This document shows, in pieces, positions 47,849 to 58,800 of a stretch of 64,000 nt of DNA; the first letter of the stretch is position 1, and the number at the start of each line of letters is the position of its first letter. The position numbers and the translations under genes are program-made. The DNA lies in contig OZ242029.1 of assembly GCA_965205015.1 (NCBI GenBank), forward strand, positions 832,001 to 896,000, written 5' to 3'. Source of the stretch: Candidatus Poribacteria bacterium. GTDB lineage: Bacteria; Poribacteria; WGA-4E; WGA-3G. A model generated the notes under the pieces. That model had not been told where the DNA came from, did not search any database, and was given only the letters and a program-made list of their open reading frames with translations.

Positions 47849-49213
47849 ATGTTTGGAAAAACACGACATATCCATATTATCGGCATCGGTGGCGCTGGCT
47901 TAAGCGGCATCACTGAAATCCTGCTGGACCTCGGATTCCACGTAACAGGCTCCGATATCCGCAAGTCATATACGACGGAACACCTGCGTGGACGCGGAGC
48001 AACCATCTATTATGAGCATGCAGCATCACACATACAGGGTGCTGATGTCGTCGTTATGTCTCCGGCTATTCCACCTGATAATCCAGAACTTCTCGCTGCA
48101 GAAACGCAAAAAATTCCAATCGTCAGAGGCGCAGAGATGCTAAATGAAATTACGCGCATGCGCTATAGCGTGGCTGTCAGCGGAACACATGGAAAAACAA
48201 CGACAACCGCCATGACTGCGACAGTCCTTGCCAGTCTTGATCCAACGGTCGTTGTAGGTGGGAAACTTATGAATGGCAGCCATGCTCGAAGCGGCGAAGG
48301 TGACGTTATGGTCGTCGAAGCGGACGAGGCATATGGCTCTATTGAGATGTTTTATCCCACTGTTGCTGTTGTTACGTCAGTCGATGCCGACCATCTGGAT
48401 TATTACAATAGCGTTGATGAGATTGGTGAAACTTTCCTCAAATTTATCAATAAGGTCCCGTTTTATGGCATCGCAGTTCTCTGCTTAGATGCTGAAAATA
48501 TTCAGAGGTTTATCCCGCGGATTAAAAAGCGTTATATTACTTATGGACTCGAAACGCGAGCGGATTTGACGGCTGAAGGCATTACTGTAGAAGGTCCGAC
48601 CTCTCGGTACCGAGTTCGCAAAAATGGACACCTCTATGGCGAAATTCACCTTAAAATGCCGGGGCGCCATAATATTTCTAACTCTTTGGCAGCGATAGCC
48701 GTTGGACTTGAACTTGATATTCCGTTCGATCAAATCCGGGAGCGACTTGAGTCATTTCAGGGAGTCCACCGCCGATTTGAAATACTTGGTGAAGCCAACA
48801 ACATTATTGTCGTTGACGATTACGCACATAATCCAGCGAAGTTGAAAGCCGCATTGAGCGGGGCGCGCGACGGTTATACACGTCGTATCGTCGCCGTCTT
48901 TCAACCGCATCGATACCAGCGTGTCAGAGATTTAGCAGATGAGTTTTCTCGCGCTTTCTATCAAGCAGATGTCCTCATTGTTACCTCAATCTATGGGGCT
49001 GGTGAGGAACCTATTGAAAACGTTACGGCTGAAAAACTGGTAGAAGCGATACAATCACACGGACATCGTCAGGTCTTCTATGTACCAGACGCAGATAAAA
49101 TTACAGATGTTTTGATGAAAATAACACAACCAGAAGATATCGTCATTACGCTGGGCGCCGGAGACATCAGTAAAGTAGGACATGAGTTCCTAAAGAGACT
49201 TCAGGCAGAATAG
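47849..49213 (+). CDS. murC: UDP-MurNAc--L-Ala ligase
   Basis: IGIGGAG, GTHGKTTT, EADE, DHLDYY, DDYAHNP, FQPHRY. Confidence 0.97.
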   Translation: MFGKTRHIHIIGIGGAGLSGITEILLDLGFHVTGSDIRKSYTTEHLRGRGATIYYEHAASHIQGADVVVMSPAIPPDNPELLAAETQKIPIVRGAEMLNEITRMRYSVAVSGTHGKTTTTAMTATVLASLDPTVVVGGKLMNGSHARSGEGDVMVVEADEAYGSIEMFYPTVAVVTSVDADHLDYYNSVDEIGETFLKFINKVPFYGIAVLCLDAENIQRFIPRIKKRYITYGLETRADLTAEGITVEGPTSRYRVRKNGHLYGEIHLKMPGRHNISNSLAAIAVGLELDIPFDQIRERLESFQGVHRRFEILGEANNIIVVDDYAHNPAKLKAALSGARDGYTRRIVAVFQPHRYQRVRDLADEFSRAFYQADVLIVTSIYGAGEEPIENVTAEKLVEAIQSHGHRQVFYVPDADKITDVLMKITQPEDIVITLGAGDISKVGHEFLKRLQAE

Positions 49214-49286
49214 CCATCAGAGGTCAGTGCTCCGTCAGACAACCTCTTTGCCGAAAACCGATGGCTGATAACTGAAAGCCATTAGG

Positions 49287-50312
49287 ATGTGGATTCAATT
49301 GACTGCAAATCAACGACTCACCCTTATAGGTACAAGAGAAGCCGGAAGAAGGTCTTCGGTCTTTGGGAAAAAAAAGCGTAATGAATACACCCGGCAGACT
49401 TCAATGCCTGCGCAACGGCTTGGTAAACACCCCAACGCCAAAATATACATGTGGCGGCGTATCATTCTCGTCATCGCGGTTCTGGTTACTTTATCGTTCG
49501 CAGGAAAAATAGTTCTCGGTTTTTTTAGTGCCGAATACGTTTCACTTGAAGTTTCAGGGAATATGCACTATACTGATGTACAAATCTATGATGTATTAGG
49601 TGAGAAGTTAGAAAATATCGTCACAGATTCCGAAGAACAAACAGCTGACTACCTAAAGGAAAGTTTAAGTTACATTAGAGAAGCACACGTCGTTAAACAT
49701 GTAATGAAGCGGGTACTCACCATCGAAGTCACTGAACGTGAGCCTTTCGCTCTCCTGAGGTTCAGTAACGCTTCGCAAGCGGATATACCGAAGGTACAAA
49801 CATTAGGGAATCAACCATCTGTCGTAAGCGCGTTACGCAATGGTGATATTTCGTTTTTTCTGGTAGATAGTGAAGGACATGTGTTAAAAAATATAGAGGT
49901 TAGAGAAACAGGTCAATGGAGATCCGAAGGACTTGAAGAAATGGTCATACTTCCGGTAGTAAGTAATGAACTACCGAGAATTGGTACTCCCTTTCAAAGC
50001 AGCGAGGTTAAATTAGGATTAGAGATTTTAAAGACTGCCTTACTTCAGGAACCAGCACTTGCGGCACAAATACAGATTATTGATGCAAGTGACTTCCAAA
50101 AAATTAAACTACAGATTGATGCCCTGCCTATACCAATATGGCTCGCTGGAGATGCCATTGAATCCGGGCTTCATCACACCGCCCTGCTTTTAAAACAGCA
50201 AAAAACTCGGATCCTTGAACTTATTGGTGAGATTCCGAGTGCAAGAAAGCCATATCTTGACGTAAGGTACCAAGACACACTCTACTTGGGGGGGTACACC
50301 GCAGGCAAGTAG
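49287..50312 (+). CDS. ftsQ: FtsQ/DivIB-like cell division protein
   Basis: Lies before ftsA; single TM, EVSGN (POTRA), IEVTEREP, YLDVRY. The start is uncertain. Confidence 0.72.
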   Translation: MWIQLTANQRLTLIGTREAGRRSSVFGKKKRNEYTRQTSMPAQRLGKHPNAKIYMWRRIILVIAVLVTLSFAGKIVLGFFSAEYVSLEVSGNMHYTDVQIYDVLGEKLENIVTDSEEQTADYLKESLSYIREAHVVKHVMKRVLTIEVTEREPFALLRFSNASQADIPKVQTLGNQPSVVSALRNGDISFFLVDSEGHVLKNIEVRETGQWRSEGLEEMVILPVVSNELPRIGTPFQSSEVKLGLEILKTALLQEPALAAQIQIIDASDFQKIKLQIDALPIPIWLAGDAIESGLHHTALLLKQQKTRILELIGEIPSARKPYLDVRYQDTLYLGGYTAGK

Positions 50313-50375
50313 CTCTATCCTTATAGCACCTAACGGTTTCTCTTGATATTTGAAGAAGGAGGTGAAAATATTTAA

Positions 50376-51602
50376 ATGCCAAAACAAAATATTATCGCCG
50401 GACTTGATATCGGTTCGAGCAAAATTTCAGTAGTTGTTGGGAATACACTGCACGGAAACGTCCCCAAAATAGGAATTATCGGCGTCGGTCATGCCGCCTC
50501 GGAAGGCCTTCGGAGAGGCGTTGTCGTTGACATCAACCAAACAGCCGAGGCTATTCGTAAAGCCATCTCCAGTGCTGAATTAATGGCAGGTGTAAAAATA
50601 GACTCCGTCTGCGTTGGTATTTCCGGTGAACATGTTATTGGGCAAACGTCCCATGGGGTTGTCTCTGTGGCAAATACCGAGATTTCGCAGGACGATGTTG
50701 ACCGAGCGATGATAGCTGCAAAGGCAATCTCTATTCCCGCAGACAGGGAAATACTGCACGTCATTCAACAGAATTTCGTCGTTGATGCCCAGAGTCGTAT
50801 TCGGGAACCTGTCGGTATGTCAGGCGCGCGTCTTGAAGCTTACGCCTACATCATTACAGGCGGCACAACGGCTATTCAGAATTTGCTCAATAGTATCGAA
50901 AAAGCGGGCGTGCCCATCGTTGAAACGCTTGTTGCTGCACCCCTCGCAGCAACACAAGCTACCATTTCAAAGGATGAGCGTGAAGTCGGTATCGCACTCG
51001 TTGATATTGGTGATGGAACAACTGAAATTATCGTCTACAAAGAAGATTCTATCGGACATACAGCAGTAATTCCTGTTGGCGGACAGCACGTTACCAACGA
51101 CATTGCGCAATACTTAAAAGTTACCCTTCCAGAAGCGGAGGCACTTAAACTTCACCGCGGTTGTGCTTGGACAGAATTAATTGATCCTGACGAAGTTAGA
51201 TCCATCCCAGTCGCGAGCGACTCAACGCCACCACGCTTCATCGACCGGATTGAACTCGCCCAAATTATTGAGTACCGCATGGCTGAAATCTTGGACGCAA
51301 TCGGTGACGAATTAGGGGATATTCCACTGCCAGGGGGTCTTGTACTCACTGGGGGTACCGCGCTTATGGACGGTTTGCAAGAACTCGCTGAGGCTATGCT
51401 CCAATTGCGCGTCCAGATCGGATACCCGCGTGGCTTGCAAGGCTTGACAGACCGAGTGAATCATCCGATGTACTCGACAGGCATAGGACTCGCTCTTTAC
51501 GGTGAGACGCTGCGGCAGTTAGAACGTGAACACAACACACGTCAGGGCGGGAACGCCTTTGGATCATTCCTGCAGCGGGTCAAGGAATGGTTTGGATATT
51601 AA
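50376..51602 (+). CDS. ftsA: Cell division protein FtsA
   Basis: GLDIGSSK, VDIGDGTT, GGQHVTNDIA, VLTGG, C-terminal amphipathic RVKEWF. Confidence 0.97.
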   Translation: MPKQNIIAGLDIGSSKISVVVGNTLHGNVPKIGIIGVGHAASEGLRRGVVVDINQTAEAIRKAISSAELMAGVKIDSVCVGISGEHVIGQTSHGVVSVANTEISQDDVDRAMIAAKAISIPADREILHVIQQNFVVDAQSRIREPVGMSGARLEAYAYIITGGTTAIQNLLNSIEKAGVPIVETLVAAPLAATQATISKDEREVGIALVDIGDGTTEIIVYKEDSIGHTAVIPVGGQHVTNDIAQYLKVTLPEAEALKLHRGCAWTELIDPDEVRSIPVASDSTPPRFIDRIELAQIIEYRMAEILDAIGDELGDIPLPGGLVLTGGTALMDGLQELAEAMLQLRVQIGYPRGLQGLTDRVNHPMYSTGIGLALYGETLRQLEREHNTRQGGNAFGSFLQRVKEWFGY

Positions 51603-51659
51603 GGGGCCTCCCGATTATCTAAGAGGACGAATCCACTTATGCCAAACTTGCCGTAACGC

Positions 51660-51688
51660 TTGACTTAATCTTGCTAATAGCGTATAAT
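51660..51688 (+). promoter_or_regulatory. sigma70 promoter of ftsZ
   Basis: TTGACT-N17-TATAAT. Confidence 0.7.
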
Positions 51689-51805
51689 TTAATGTGAAAA
51701 AGCAAATTCATGAAAGTTAATAAGGAACCTCGGTCCGGAGATCGAGGCTATAATGATAGGAGGAATTAGGTTGCTGTGCCATTGTTATAGTAACCGAAAT
51801 CCAAA

Positions 51806-53110
51806 ATGATAGAATTTGAACAGGAAGAATTTGAAAGTTTACGCGCCAAAATTAAAGTCATTGGAGTCGGTGGAGCAGGGGGAAACGCTGTCAAACGCAT
51901 GATTGAGGCGGGACTTACCGGCATAGAATTTTATGCTGTCAATACAGATCAACAAGCACTCGTGACCTGTCTTGGCGCGACGCAAATCCAGATTGGCGTT
52001 AACACGACGGAAGGCTTAGGTTCCGGTGCCAACCCCGACATTGGCAGAAAAGCCGCCGAAGAAGACAGGGAACATCTCCAAACGATTGTAGAAAACGCAA
52101 ATATGGTCTTCATCACCGCAGGTATGGGCGGTGGAACTGGCACCGGCGCAGCCCCACTCATTGCTACACAAGCAAAAGAACGCGGGGCACTTACGATCGG
52201 GGTCGTAACACGTCCTTTCAACTTTGAAGGACAACGTCGCGCAGACACCGCCGAGGCAGGCCTTGAGGAACTTCGAGATGCTGCTGACTCTGTAATTGTC
52301 GTACCAAACCAGCGACTCATCGATACCATGGACAGGAAACTTCCAATCCGAGACGCTTTTCGCATGGGAGACCAGATTCTCTTACACGGTGTTAAAAGCA
52401 TATCCGACATCGTTACGGAATCCGGCGAAATTAATGTTGACTTTGCCGACGTTGAATCGATTATGCGAAACGCAGGAAGCGCATTGATGGGCATGGGGCA
52501 CGCGACAGGAGACAACCGGGCTCAAATTGCCGCGGAACAAGCGATCAGCTCACCCCTTCTTGAGCAAACTAACATCGCTGGCGCCGTTGGTATGATTGTG
52601 AACATAACCGCCCCCCCCGATTTCATGATGCACGAACTCGATGACGCTATGGGTGTCATTCAGGATACAGCGCCCGATGCACAAATTATTTTTGGACTTG
52701 TTTATAAAGATGAATTGGAACTCGGTGATGAAGTCCTGGTGACGGTCATTGCAACCGGATTTGATACTGTTGGGGCGGAAGGCTACGGCATCGACAACAG
52801 AAGCACATCCGCACGATATGCTGACCCAGACACCTATCAAAGGCAGCCCCAGGCTCCTTCGGAACAGCGGTCATCAAGGCCAAGCAGAGTACGACAGAAT
52901 ATTGCCGGGACGCCATCCGATAGCCCCAGGATTCCGGGTCGTCGGCAAAGGGGAACCAAGGTCGAACCTCCCGTAGAGGAGGAGAAGGCACCGCCAAAGA
53001 ACCAACAGAAACCCACTCGAGGAAGAGAGCAAGGCTCGCAACAGCGTGAAACGGATTGGGAAATTCCGGCTTTCCTGCGCGTTCAAAAAAGACGTGGGAA
53101 TAAAACCTGA
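51806..53110 (+). CDS. ftsZ: Cell division protein FtsZ
   Basis: GVGGAGGNA, GGGTGTG, INVDFAD, C-terminal DWEIPAFLR. Confidence 0.98.
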   Translation: MIEFEQEEFESLRAKIKVIGVGGAGGNAVKRMIEAGLTGIEFYAVNTDQQALVTCLGATQIQIGVNTTEGLGSGANPDIGRKAAEEDREHLQTIVENANMVFITAGMGGGTGTGAAPLIATQAKERGALTIGVVTRPFNFEGQRRADTAEAGLEELRDAADSVIVVPNQRLIDTMDRKLPIRDAFRMGDQILLHGVKSISDIVTESGEINVDFADVESIMRNAGSALMGMGHATGDNRAQIAAEQAISSPLLEQTNIAGAVGMIVNITAPPDFMMHELDDAMGVIQDTAPDAQIIFGLVYKDELELGDEVLVTVIATGFDTVGAEGYGIDNRSTSARYADPDTYQRQPQAPSEQRSSRPSRVRQNIAGTPSDSPRIPGRRQRGTKVEPPVEEEKAPPKNQQKPTRGREQGSQQRETDWEIPAFLRVQKRRGNKT

Positions 53111-53117
53111 GGCAACA

Positions 53118-54887
53118 GTGAACCTACATCAACATTATCAACACTTGCGCAGTGAGGAACACGGCGCACATCATAACTTCAGAAAACCCAACAAATTCGC
53201 GCTTGTCTATCCAAGCACGTATGCTCTTGGTATGTCGAGTCTCGGTGTTCAAGTTATGTACGCAACGCTTAACAACCGCCCGGATACCGCTTGCGAACGG
53301 GTTTTTATTCCCGAGCCTGACTATCTGCGTAAACTTGCCTCCCAAAAAAAGGCGCTTTTCTCGTTTGAAACGCAGACCCCTTTGAACCAATTTGACATCA
53401 TCGGGTTCTCAGTCTCCTTCGAATCAGATTATGTGAACATTCCTCGCACGTTAGCGTTGGCGAACATTCCACCGCTTGCGTCGGAAGCACGCCATCACGA
53501 TGATCGGGATCGCGGGACCTCCAAAGAAACACGAACGGAATGGGATCCGCTCGTCATCGCGGGTGGCATCAATATTTCCTATAACCCAGAACCGATCGCC
53601 GATTTCGTTGATGTGTTCGTCATTGGAGAAGCCGAACTCGTCATCCACCAACTCATGGCGCATTTCAACGAGTGGAAAAGATCCGGCGCACCGAAGCGTG
53701 AATTGCTTGAAACCCTCGCAACTGTGCCAGGGCTTTACGTACCACATTTTTACGACGTCAGCTATCGCGAGGATGGTACGATTGATGCCGTCTCCCCAAA
53801 GTCCAGTATATCGCCTCAGATTCGCGCAGGAGCCGTTCCAAGACTTGATGATGTCGAAACCTGTACGCACATCCACACCCCCAATACCGAATTCGCAAAT
53901 GCACATCTCATTGAAATCGTGCGCGGGTGCGGTCGGCAGTGCCGTTTCTGTGTCGCAGATTATGCCCGTCGATGGCCGAGACACCGCTCTGTAGAGAGTA
54001 CGCTCGCGCTTGCGGAACGCGCACGCGGCATTACAGATAGAATAGGACTTGTCGGTGCCTCTATCTCCGACCATCCACACATCGATGAAATTGCTACAGG
54101 TCTCGTCGAACGTGGCTTTCGCATCTCTTGTGCTTCACTCCGCGCCGAAACCGTTCGAACGCCGCTCCTCGACGCACTTGCAGACAGCGACCAAGGCACC
54201 ATCACTATTGCGCCAGAGGTTGCGACTGAAGAACTTCAAAAGGTTGTTAATAAAGCGATTCCACGGGAACGCCTCTACTCTGTTTTTGAAGAAGCATTGA
54301 AACGTGATATCCTCAACCTGCGTTTATACTTCCTCATCGGTGTCCCACATGAAACACCAGCAGACGTGGAAGCGATTGTTGATATGGCAAAGGAGATGCG
54401 AACGATACTGCTCCCGCATGCCAAACGAACCGGAAAAATCGCGCGCATCAACTTTACCATTTCACCCATGGTGCCAAAACCCCATACCCCTTTCCAGTGG
54501 GTAGCGATGGAACCCCCGAAAATCATCTCCCGAAAACTTGATTTCCTGAAACGCGAAATTAATCGGCTTGGCAGCATAAAAGTTGGCTCCGCCAGTGCCA
54601 GACTCGCACACCAAGAAGCCGTTTTCGCACGCGGCGACCGGCGACTTGGAAAAGTTATCCTTGACCTCGCACACGGGGTCCCATGGAACCAAGCCTTCCG
54701 GAATCATGAATTAATCCCACATTTTTACGCAACACGGCAACGTCCACTGCATGAAGTCAATCCATGGGACCACATCGACCTCAACGTTAAACCGCAATTC
54801 CTACAACTTGAGTTCCACAAGCACGAAAAAGGGTTCACGACCAGCGAATGCGATACGACCGTCTGTAAAAAGTGTGGGGCTTGCTAA
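53118..54887 (+). CDS. Radical SAM protein with B12-binding-like N-domain
   Basis: Y.LGMSSLG, CERVF, RGCGRQCRFC (CxxxCxxC), PKPHTPFQW, C-terminal C...C..CGAC. GTG start is inferred. Confidence 0.88.
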   Translation: MNLHQHYQHLRSEEHGAHHNFRKPNKFALVYPSTYALGMSSLGVQVMYATLNNRPDTACERVFIPEPDYLRKLASQKKALFSFETQTPLNQFDIIGFSVSFESDYVNIPRTLALANIPPLASEARHHDDRDRGTSKETRTEWDPLVIAGGINISYNPEPIADFVDVFVIGEAELVIHQLMAHFNEWKRSGAPKRELLETLATVPGLYVPHFYDVSYREDGTIDAVSPKSSISPQIRAGAVPRLDDVETCTHIHTPNTEFANAHLIEIVRGCGRQCRFCVADYARRWPRHRSVESTLALAERARGITDRIGLVGASISDHPHIDEIATGLVERGFRISCASLRAETVRTPLLDALADSDQGTITIAPEVATEELQKVVNKAIPRERLYSVFEEALKRDILNLRLYFLIGVPHETPADVEAIVDMAKEMRTILLPHAKRTGKIARINFTISPMVPKPHTPFQWVAMEPPKIISRKLDFLKREINRLGSIKVGSASARLAHQEAVFARGDRRLGKVILDLAHGVPWNQAFRNHELIPHFYATRQRPLHEVNPWDHIDLNVKPQFLQLEFHKHEKGFTTSECDTTVCKKCGAC

Positions 54888-54902
54888 AAGGAGGAATCTA
54901 CA

Positions 54903-55679
54903 GTGCTTAAATTTGGAAAATTTATAGGCGGACTCGTCGCAATATGCGCCCTGTTTACCTTTACGATACCTTCGCATGCTGGGTTAGATGACAAATCCCT
55001 CGTCTTATACCTCTCTTTTGACGAAGGAAAGGGAGCGAAAACCGCAGATGGTTCTATACATGGTCATGATGGCGAATTTGTCCAAAATCCCAAATGGGTA
55101 GATGGGCAGTTCGGTAAAGCATTGGAATTCGATGGGACCAAGGGAGACCATGTCATCGTGCCTATCAATGACACTTTACAGCTCAGAGAACAGTTCTCTG
55201 TCGCTTTTTGGGTGAAACGTGGCAAAGCCCAAATTCGGGATTGGAATTACATGGTCGCAGCCGGCTCCTTGAAATGGGCAACAATTTTTAAGAATGGCGG
55301 CAGTATGACCTATTTCTGGTCGACATCTGGCGGCGCTTGGGCACAGAAAGCCGTCAGTAAGGACATTCAACCCGAAGACTGGGTGCACATGGTGGTCACA
55401 CATGATACCAAATCAAAAGTGGTCATCTACAACGACGGAAAAGAAGCCGGCGGTGGAGCGAAACCGCCACCTGTTGATGAAATTGACGGTTCGATTATGG
55501 TCGGTGCCCGCCACCCCGGTCAAGAATTTTTCACCGGTACCATCGACGAAGTGTTTCTCTTTAATCGAATCATCACGCAAGCGGAAATCGATGACATTAT
55601 GAATGGCGATTTCCTGCCAGTGGAACCCGCAGAGAAACTCGCGACGACATGGGGTAGCATTAAAGCCGATCGCGATTAG
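54903..55679 (+). CDS. Secreted LamG/concanavalin A-like domain protein
   Basis: Signal peptide; LYLSFDEG, GKALEFDG, FTGTIDEV; C-terminal PVEPAEKLATTWGSIK. Confidence 0.88.
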   Translation: MLKFGKFIGGLVAICALFTFTIPSHAGLDDKSLVLYLSFDEGKGAKTADGSIHGHDGEFVQNPKWVDGQFGKALEFDGTKGDHVIVPINDTLQLREQFSVAFWVKRGKAQIRDWNYMVAAGSLKWATIFKNGGSMTYFWSTSGGAWAQKAVSKDIQPEDWVHMVVTHDTKSKVVIYNDGKEAGGGAKPPPVDEIDGSIMVGARHPGQEFFTGTIDEVFLFNRIITQAEIDDIMNGDFLPVEPAEKLATTWGSIKADRD

Positions 55680-55733
55680 AAATACGCTTGACAAGGGCGG
55701 TCCCAACGCCGCCCTTACACCAGAGAGAAGCGT

Positions 55734-56894
55734 ATGCTGAAATATCTCGCTATATTCATCCTCTGCAACACTTTTATAAATATCACTTTCTCCGATTCTT
55801 CACTCGCTGAAAAGCATTATAAAGATGCCACCACCTACCACAATCTCGAAGAATTTGAGCAAGCCATTGCCGAATACAGACAAGCCCTCGCGCTTAATCC
55901 AAATTCCCCCATCATCTACAACAGACTCGGTGTCGCATATTCCGAACTGAAGCAATACGATGCCGCACTTGATGCCTATCAGAGAGCACTCGTGTTGTCT
56001 CCCATGACGGCTGAACCGCACTATAACATGGGACTGGTTTACCTCAAGCAAGGCGATCTTCCACGTGCCCTCAAGGCGTTTAAGCGCGCGACCACTATGA
56101 ATACAGAGTGGGGTGAGGCGTATACCGGACTCGGCGAAGTCTACTTGAAGCAAGGTGATTTCGGACAAGCCATCCACGCCTATAAACAAGCCACCCGTCT
56201 CAATCCAAACGGAAATCCGAGTGCCATTTTGGGATTAGGTAAGGTTTATGCAAGGCAGGAACGGTGGGATGAGGCAATCACCGCCGTTGAGAAGGTAATC
56301 GAAATCCAAGGAGATAACACAGAAGCGCATTATCAACTCGCCCAAATTTATATCAAACGCGGCGAAAAGAAAAAAGCCGCCGCAGCGATGGCGTTCTTCA
56401 AAACCCTTCGTCAAACAGACCCACTCCTCAAAGAAGCCGAAGTATGGGTCAAAAGACATCCGAATGACGCAAGAGGCTATAACAATCTCGGTATCGTTTA
56501 TCTTGCTCGTCGTCGTTCTGAGGACGCAATTGCAAGCTACAAACGCGCTATTTCCCTTGTCCCCGATTTAGCCACTGCACACTACAATTTAGGGCACGCC
56601 TACCATAAGCAAGGAAAAATGAATCTCGCTATCGCGGCTTACAAACAAGCACTCACCATCGATACGACCCTCGCGATTGCGCATAATAACGTCGCTGTCT
56701 GCTACATAGAATCGGGGATAGATGTGAACCAAGCACTCTCTCATGCCCGAACCGCTGTTCGCCTTGTCCCGACTGAAGCGAACTATTGGGATACGCTCGC
56801 CCAAGTTTGCACCGTTCTTGGATTGGAAAACGAGGCGCAACACGCACGTGCCCGTTCGATAAAAGGGCAGAAAGGGTATTCCCAAAAAGAATGA
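55734..56894 (+). CDS. Tetratricopeptide repeat protein
   Basis: Repeated YxNLG..Y...G...A...YK.A pattern; N-terminal signal-like segment. Confidence 0.9.
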   Translation: MLKYLAIFILCNTFINITFSDSSLAEKHYKDATTYHNLEEFEQAIAEYRQALALNPNSPIIYNRLGVAYSELKQYDAALDAYQRALVLSPMTAEPHYNMGLVYLKQGDLPRALKAFKRATTMNTEWGEAYTGLGEVYLKQGDFGQAIHAYKQATRLNPNGNPSAILGLGKVYARQERWDEAITAVEKVIEIQGDNTEAHYQLAQIYIKRGEKKKAAAAMAFFKTLRQTDPLLKEAEVWVKRHPNDARGYNNLGIVYLARRRSEDAIASYKRAISLVPDLATAHYNLGHAYHKQGKMNLAIAAYKQALTIDTTLAIAHNNVAVCYIESGIDVNQALSHARTAVRLVPTEANYWDTLAQVCTVLGLENEAQHARARSIKGQKGYSQKE

Positions 56895-58591
56895 AATACC
56901 GCTGCTATATGGTCCTCTTTTTCCTTCTGAGCATACCCACTTCCGCAGAGGTCCAATTCGTTGACGTGACCGCCGCTGCAGGAATCACATTTCGGCATGT
57001 CGATGGCAGAACCGGTGAGAAGTACCTCCTCGAAACGCTCGGTTCCGGTGCACTCTTCTTCGACTTTGATGTTGATGGCGCTTTGGATCTGTATGTAGTG
57101 AATGCTACACATATCCCCCCACCCGCGAGTGAAGGGACGCCTCAGACATACATCCCCCGAAACAGACTCTACCGAAACGCCGGCAACGGAATTTTTACGG
57201 ATATGACAGATAGTGCGGGAGTCGGAGATATTGGCTATGGCGTTGGATGTGCAGCCGCCGATGTTAACAATGACGGCTATCCCGAAATCTACGTAACCAA
57301 CTATGGGCCGAATCGCCTCTATTACAACAACGGTGATGGTACCTTTACGGATGTGACGCAAAAAGCCGGAGTCGGCGATGAACGTTGGGGCACAAGTTGT
57401 GCGTTTCTGGATTACGATTTAGACGGGTATATTGACCTATACGTCGTCAATTACATGAAATTCTCCATTGCGGAGAACGAATGGTGGGAAACTCAAGGTA
57501 TTAGAACCTATTGCAGTCCGACAGATCAGATCGCCGGCAGCCACTTTGTAAGCGAGCCTGATATCCTCTATCACAACAATGGCGACGGAACCTTCACAGA
57601 TGTCACCAACACTGCGGGCATTTCACATCGTGCCCTCGGCCTCGCCGTCGCAGTCGGAGACTACAATAACGATGGTTACCCAGACCTACACATCGCCAAC
57701 GATATGGAAGCCGACCTCTTTTACCACAACAACGGCGATGGCACCTTTACCGAAACCGCTGACTTCACCGGGACAGGGTATGATGAAAACGGTTTCCCAG
57801 GAAGCGGTATGGGAAACGCATTCGGGGATTACAATAACGACGGTTACCTCGACCTCGTCGTCAGCAACGCCTCTGGACTGCCTGCCCTGCTCTATCAAAA
57901 TGAAAACGCTGCATTTTTTACCGATGTCTCTTTCGTTTCAGGAATCGGAGCAGTGACGCTCCCCGACTTTAAATGGGCGGTCGAATTCTTAGACTATGAC
58001 AACGACGGTCTCCTTGACCTCTTCGTCGCGAACGGACATCTTCAAGAGAACATCTCGCTCTTTTCAGAGGGCACCTATCCACAGATGGATTTGATGTTCC
58101 GCAACATGCGCAGACAGGACGGCACACACCATTTTACTGATGCGTCTACCCAAGTCGGATTGGCAGAACTCCCCAAAAAAGTCAGCCGCGCTGCCGCATT
58201 CGGGGACTATGACAACGACGGAGATATTGATATTTTCCTCAACAACTCCAATCAACACGCAACGCTTCTCCGAAACGAGGGTGGTAATAGCAATCACTGG
58301 TTGACAATTCAACTCATCGGTACCCGAAGCAACGCGTCCGGTATCGGTACAAAAATAGTTGTAAAAGCGGGAAATTTGTCCCTCACCAAAGAAGCACGGA
58401 GTGGTGCGAGTTACCTTTCACAAAGTGACCCCCGGGTTCATTTCGGGCTTGGGGAAAATTCAAAGGTTGATACCTTGGAGATCCACTGGCAGAGCGGGCT
58501 TACAGAGCGGTTTTCTAATCTAAAGTCAAACCAAATTCTTCGTATTAAAGAGGGACATAAGATTTTGACATACCCCAAAGGAACTGAATAG
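56891..58591 (+). CDS. CRTAC1-like FG-GAP repeat protein with ASPIC/UnbV domain
   Basis: Repeated DYxNDGxxDL; C-terminal SYLSQS...HFGLG...W.SG; ATGA-coupled to the TPR gene. Confidence 0.9.
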   Translation: MKYRCYMVLFFLLSIPTSAEVQFVDVTAAAGITFRHVDGRTGEKYLLETLGSGALFFDFDVDGALDLYVVNATHIPPPASEGTPQTYIPRNRLYRNAGNGIFTDMTDSAGVGDIGYGVGCAAADVNNDGYPEIYVTNYGPNRLYYNNGDGTFTDVTQKAGVGDERWGTSCAFLDYDLDGYIDLYVVNYMKFSIAENEWWETQGIRTYCSPTDQIAGSHFVSEPDILYHNNGDGTFTDVTNTAGISHRALGLAVAVGDYNNDGYPDLHIANDMEADLFYHNNGDGTFTETADFTGTGYDENGFPGSGMGNAFGDYNNDGYLDLVVSNASGLPALLYQNENAAFFTDVSFVSGIGAVTLPDFKWAVEFLDYDNDGLLDLFVANGHLQENISLFSEGTYPQMDLMFRNMRRQDGTHHFTDASTQVGLAELPKKVSRAAAFGDYDNDGDIDIFLNNSNQHATLLRNEGGNSNHWLTIQLIGTRSNASGIGTKIVVKAGNLSLTKEARSGASYLSQSDPRVHFGLGENSKVDTLEIHWQSGLTERFSNLKSNQILRIKEGHKILTYPKGTE

Positions 58592-58800
58592 CCTTAGTTC
58601 TTTATAAATTTAACGACTTGTGTTAGCTCCCTATATGTCTTTGTTGTTTTCACAACGATTGGGTTTTGTATTATACACATATCGTCCCTACGGAACTGAA
58701 GACTGTATCTATCCATACGAAACACTGATAAAACGTTCCGCTTCTGTGAAACAATGTTTTGTGATAGACCCAAGTCTAAAGACTTGGGCTTCTGCAATCG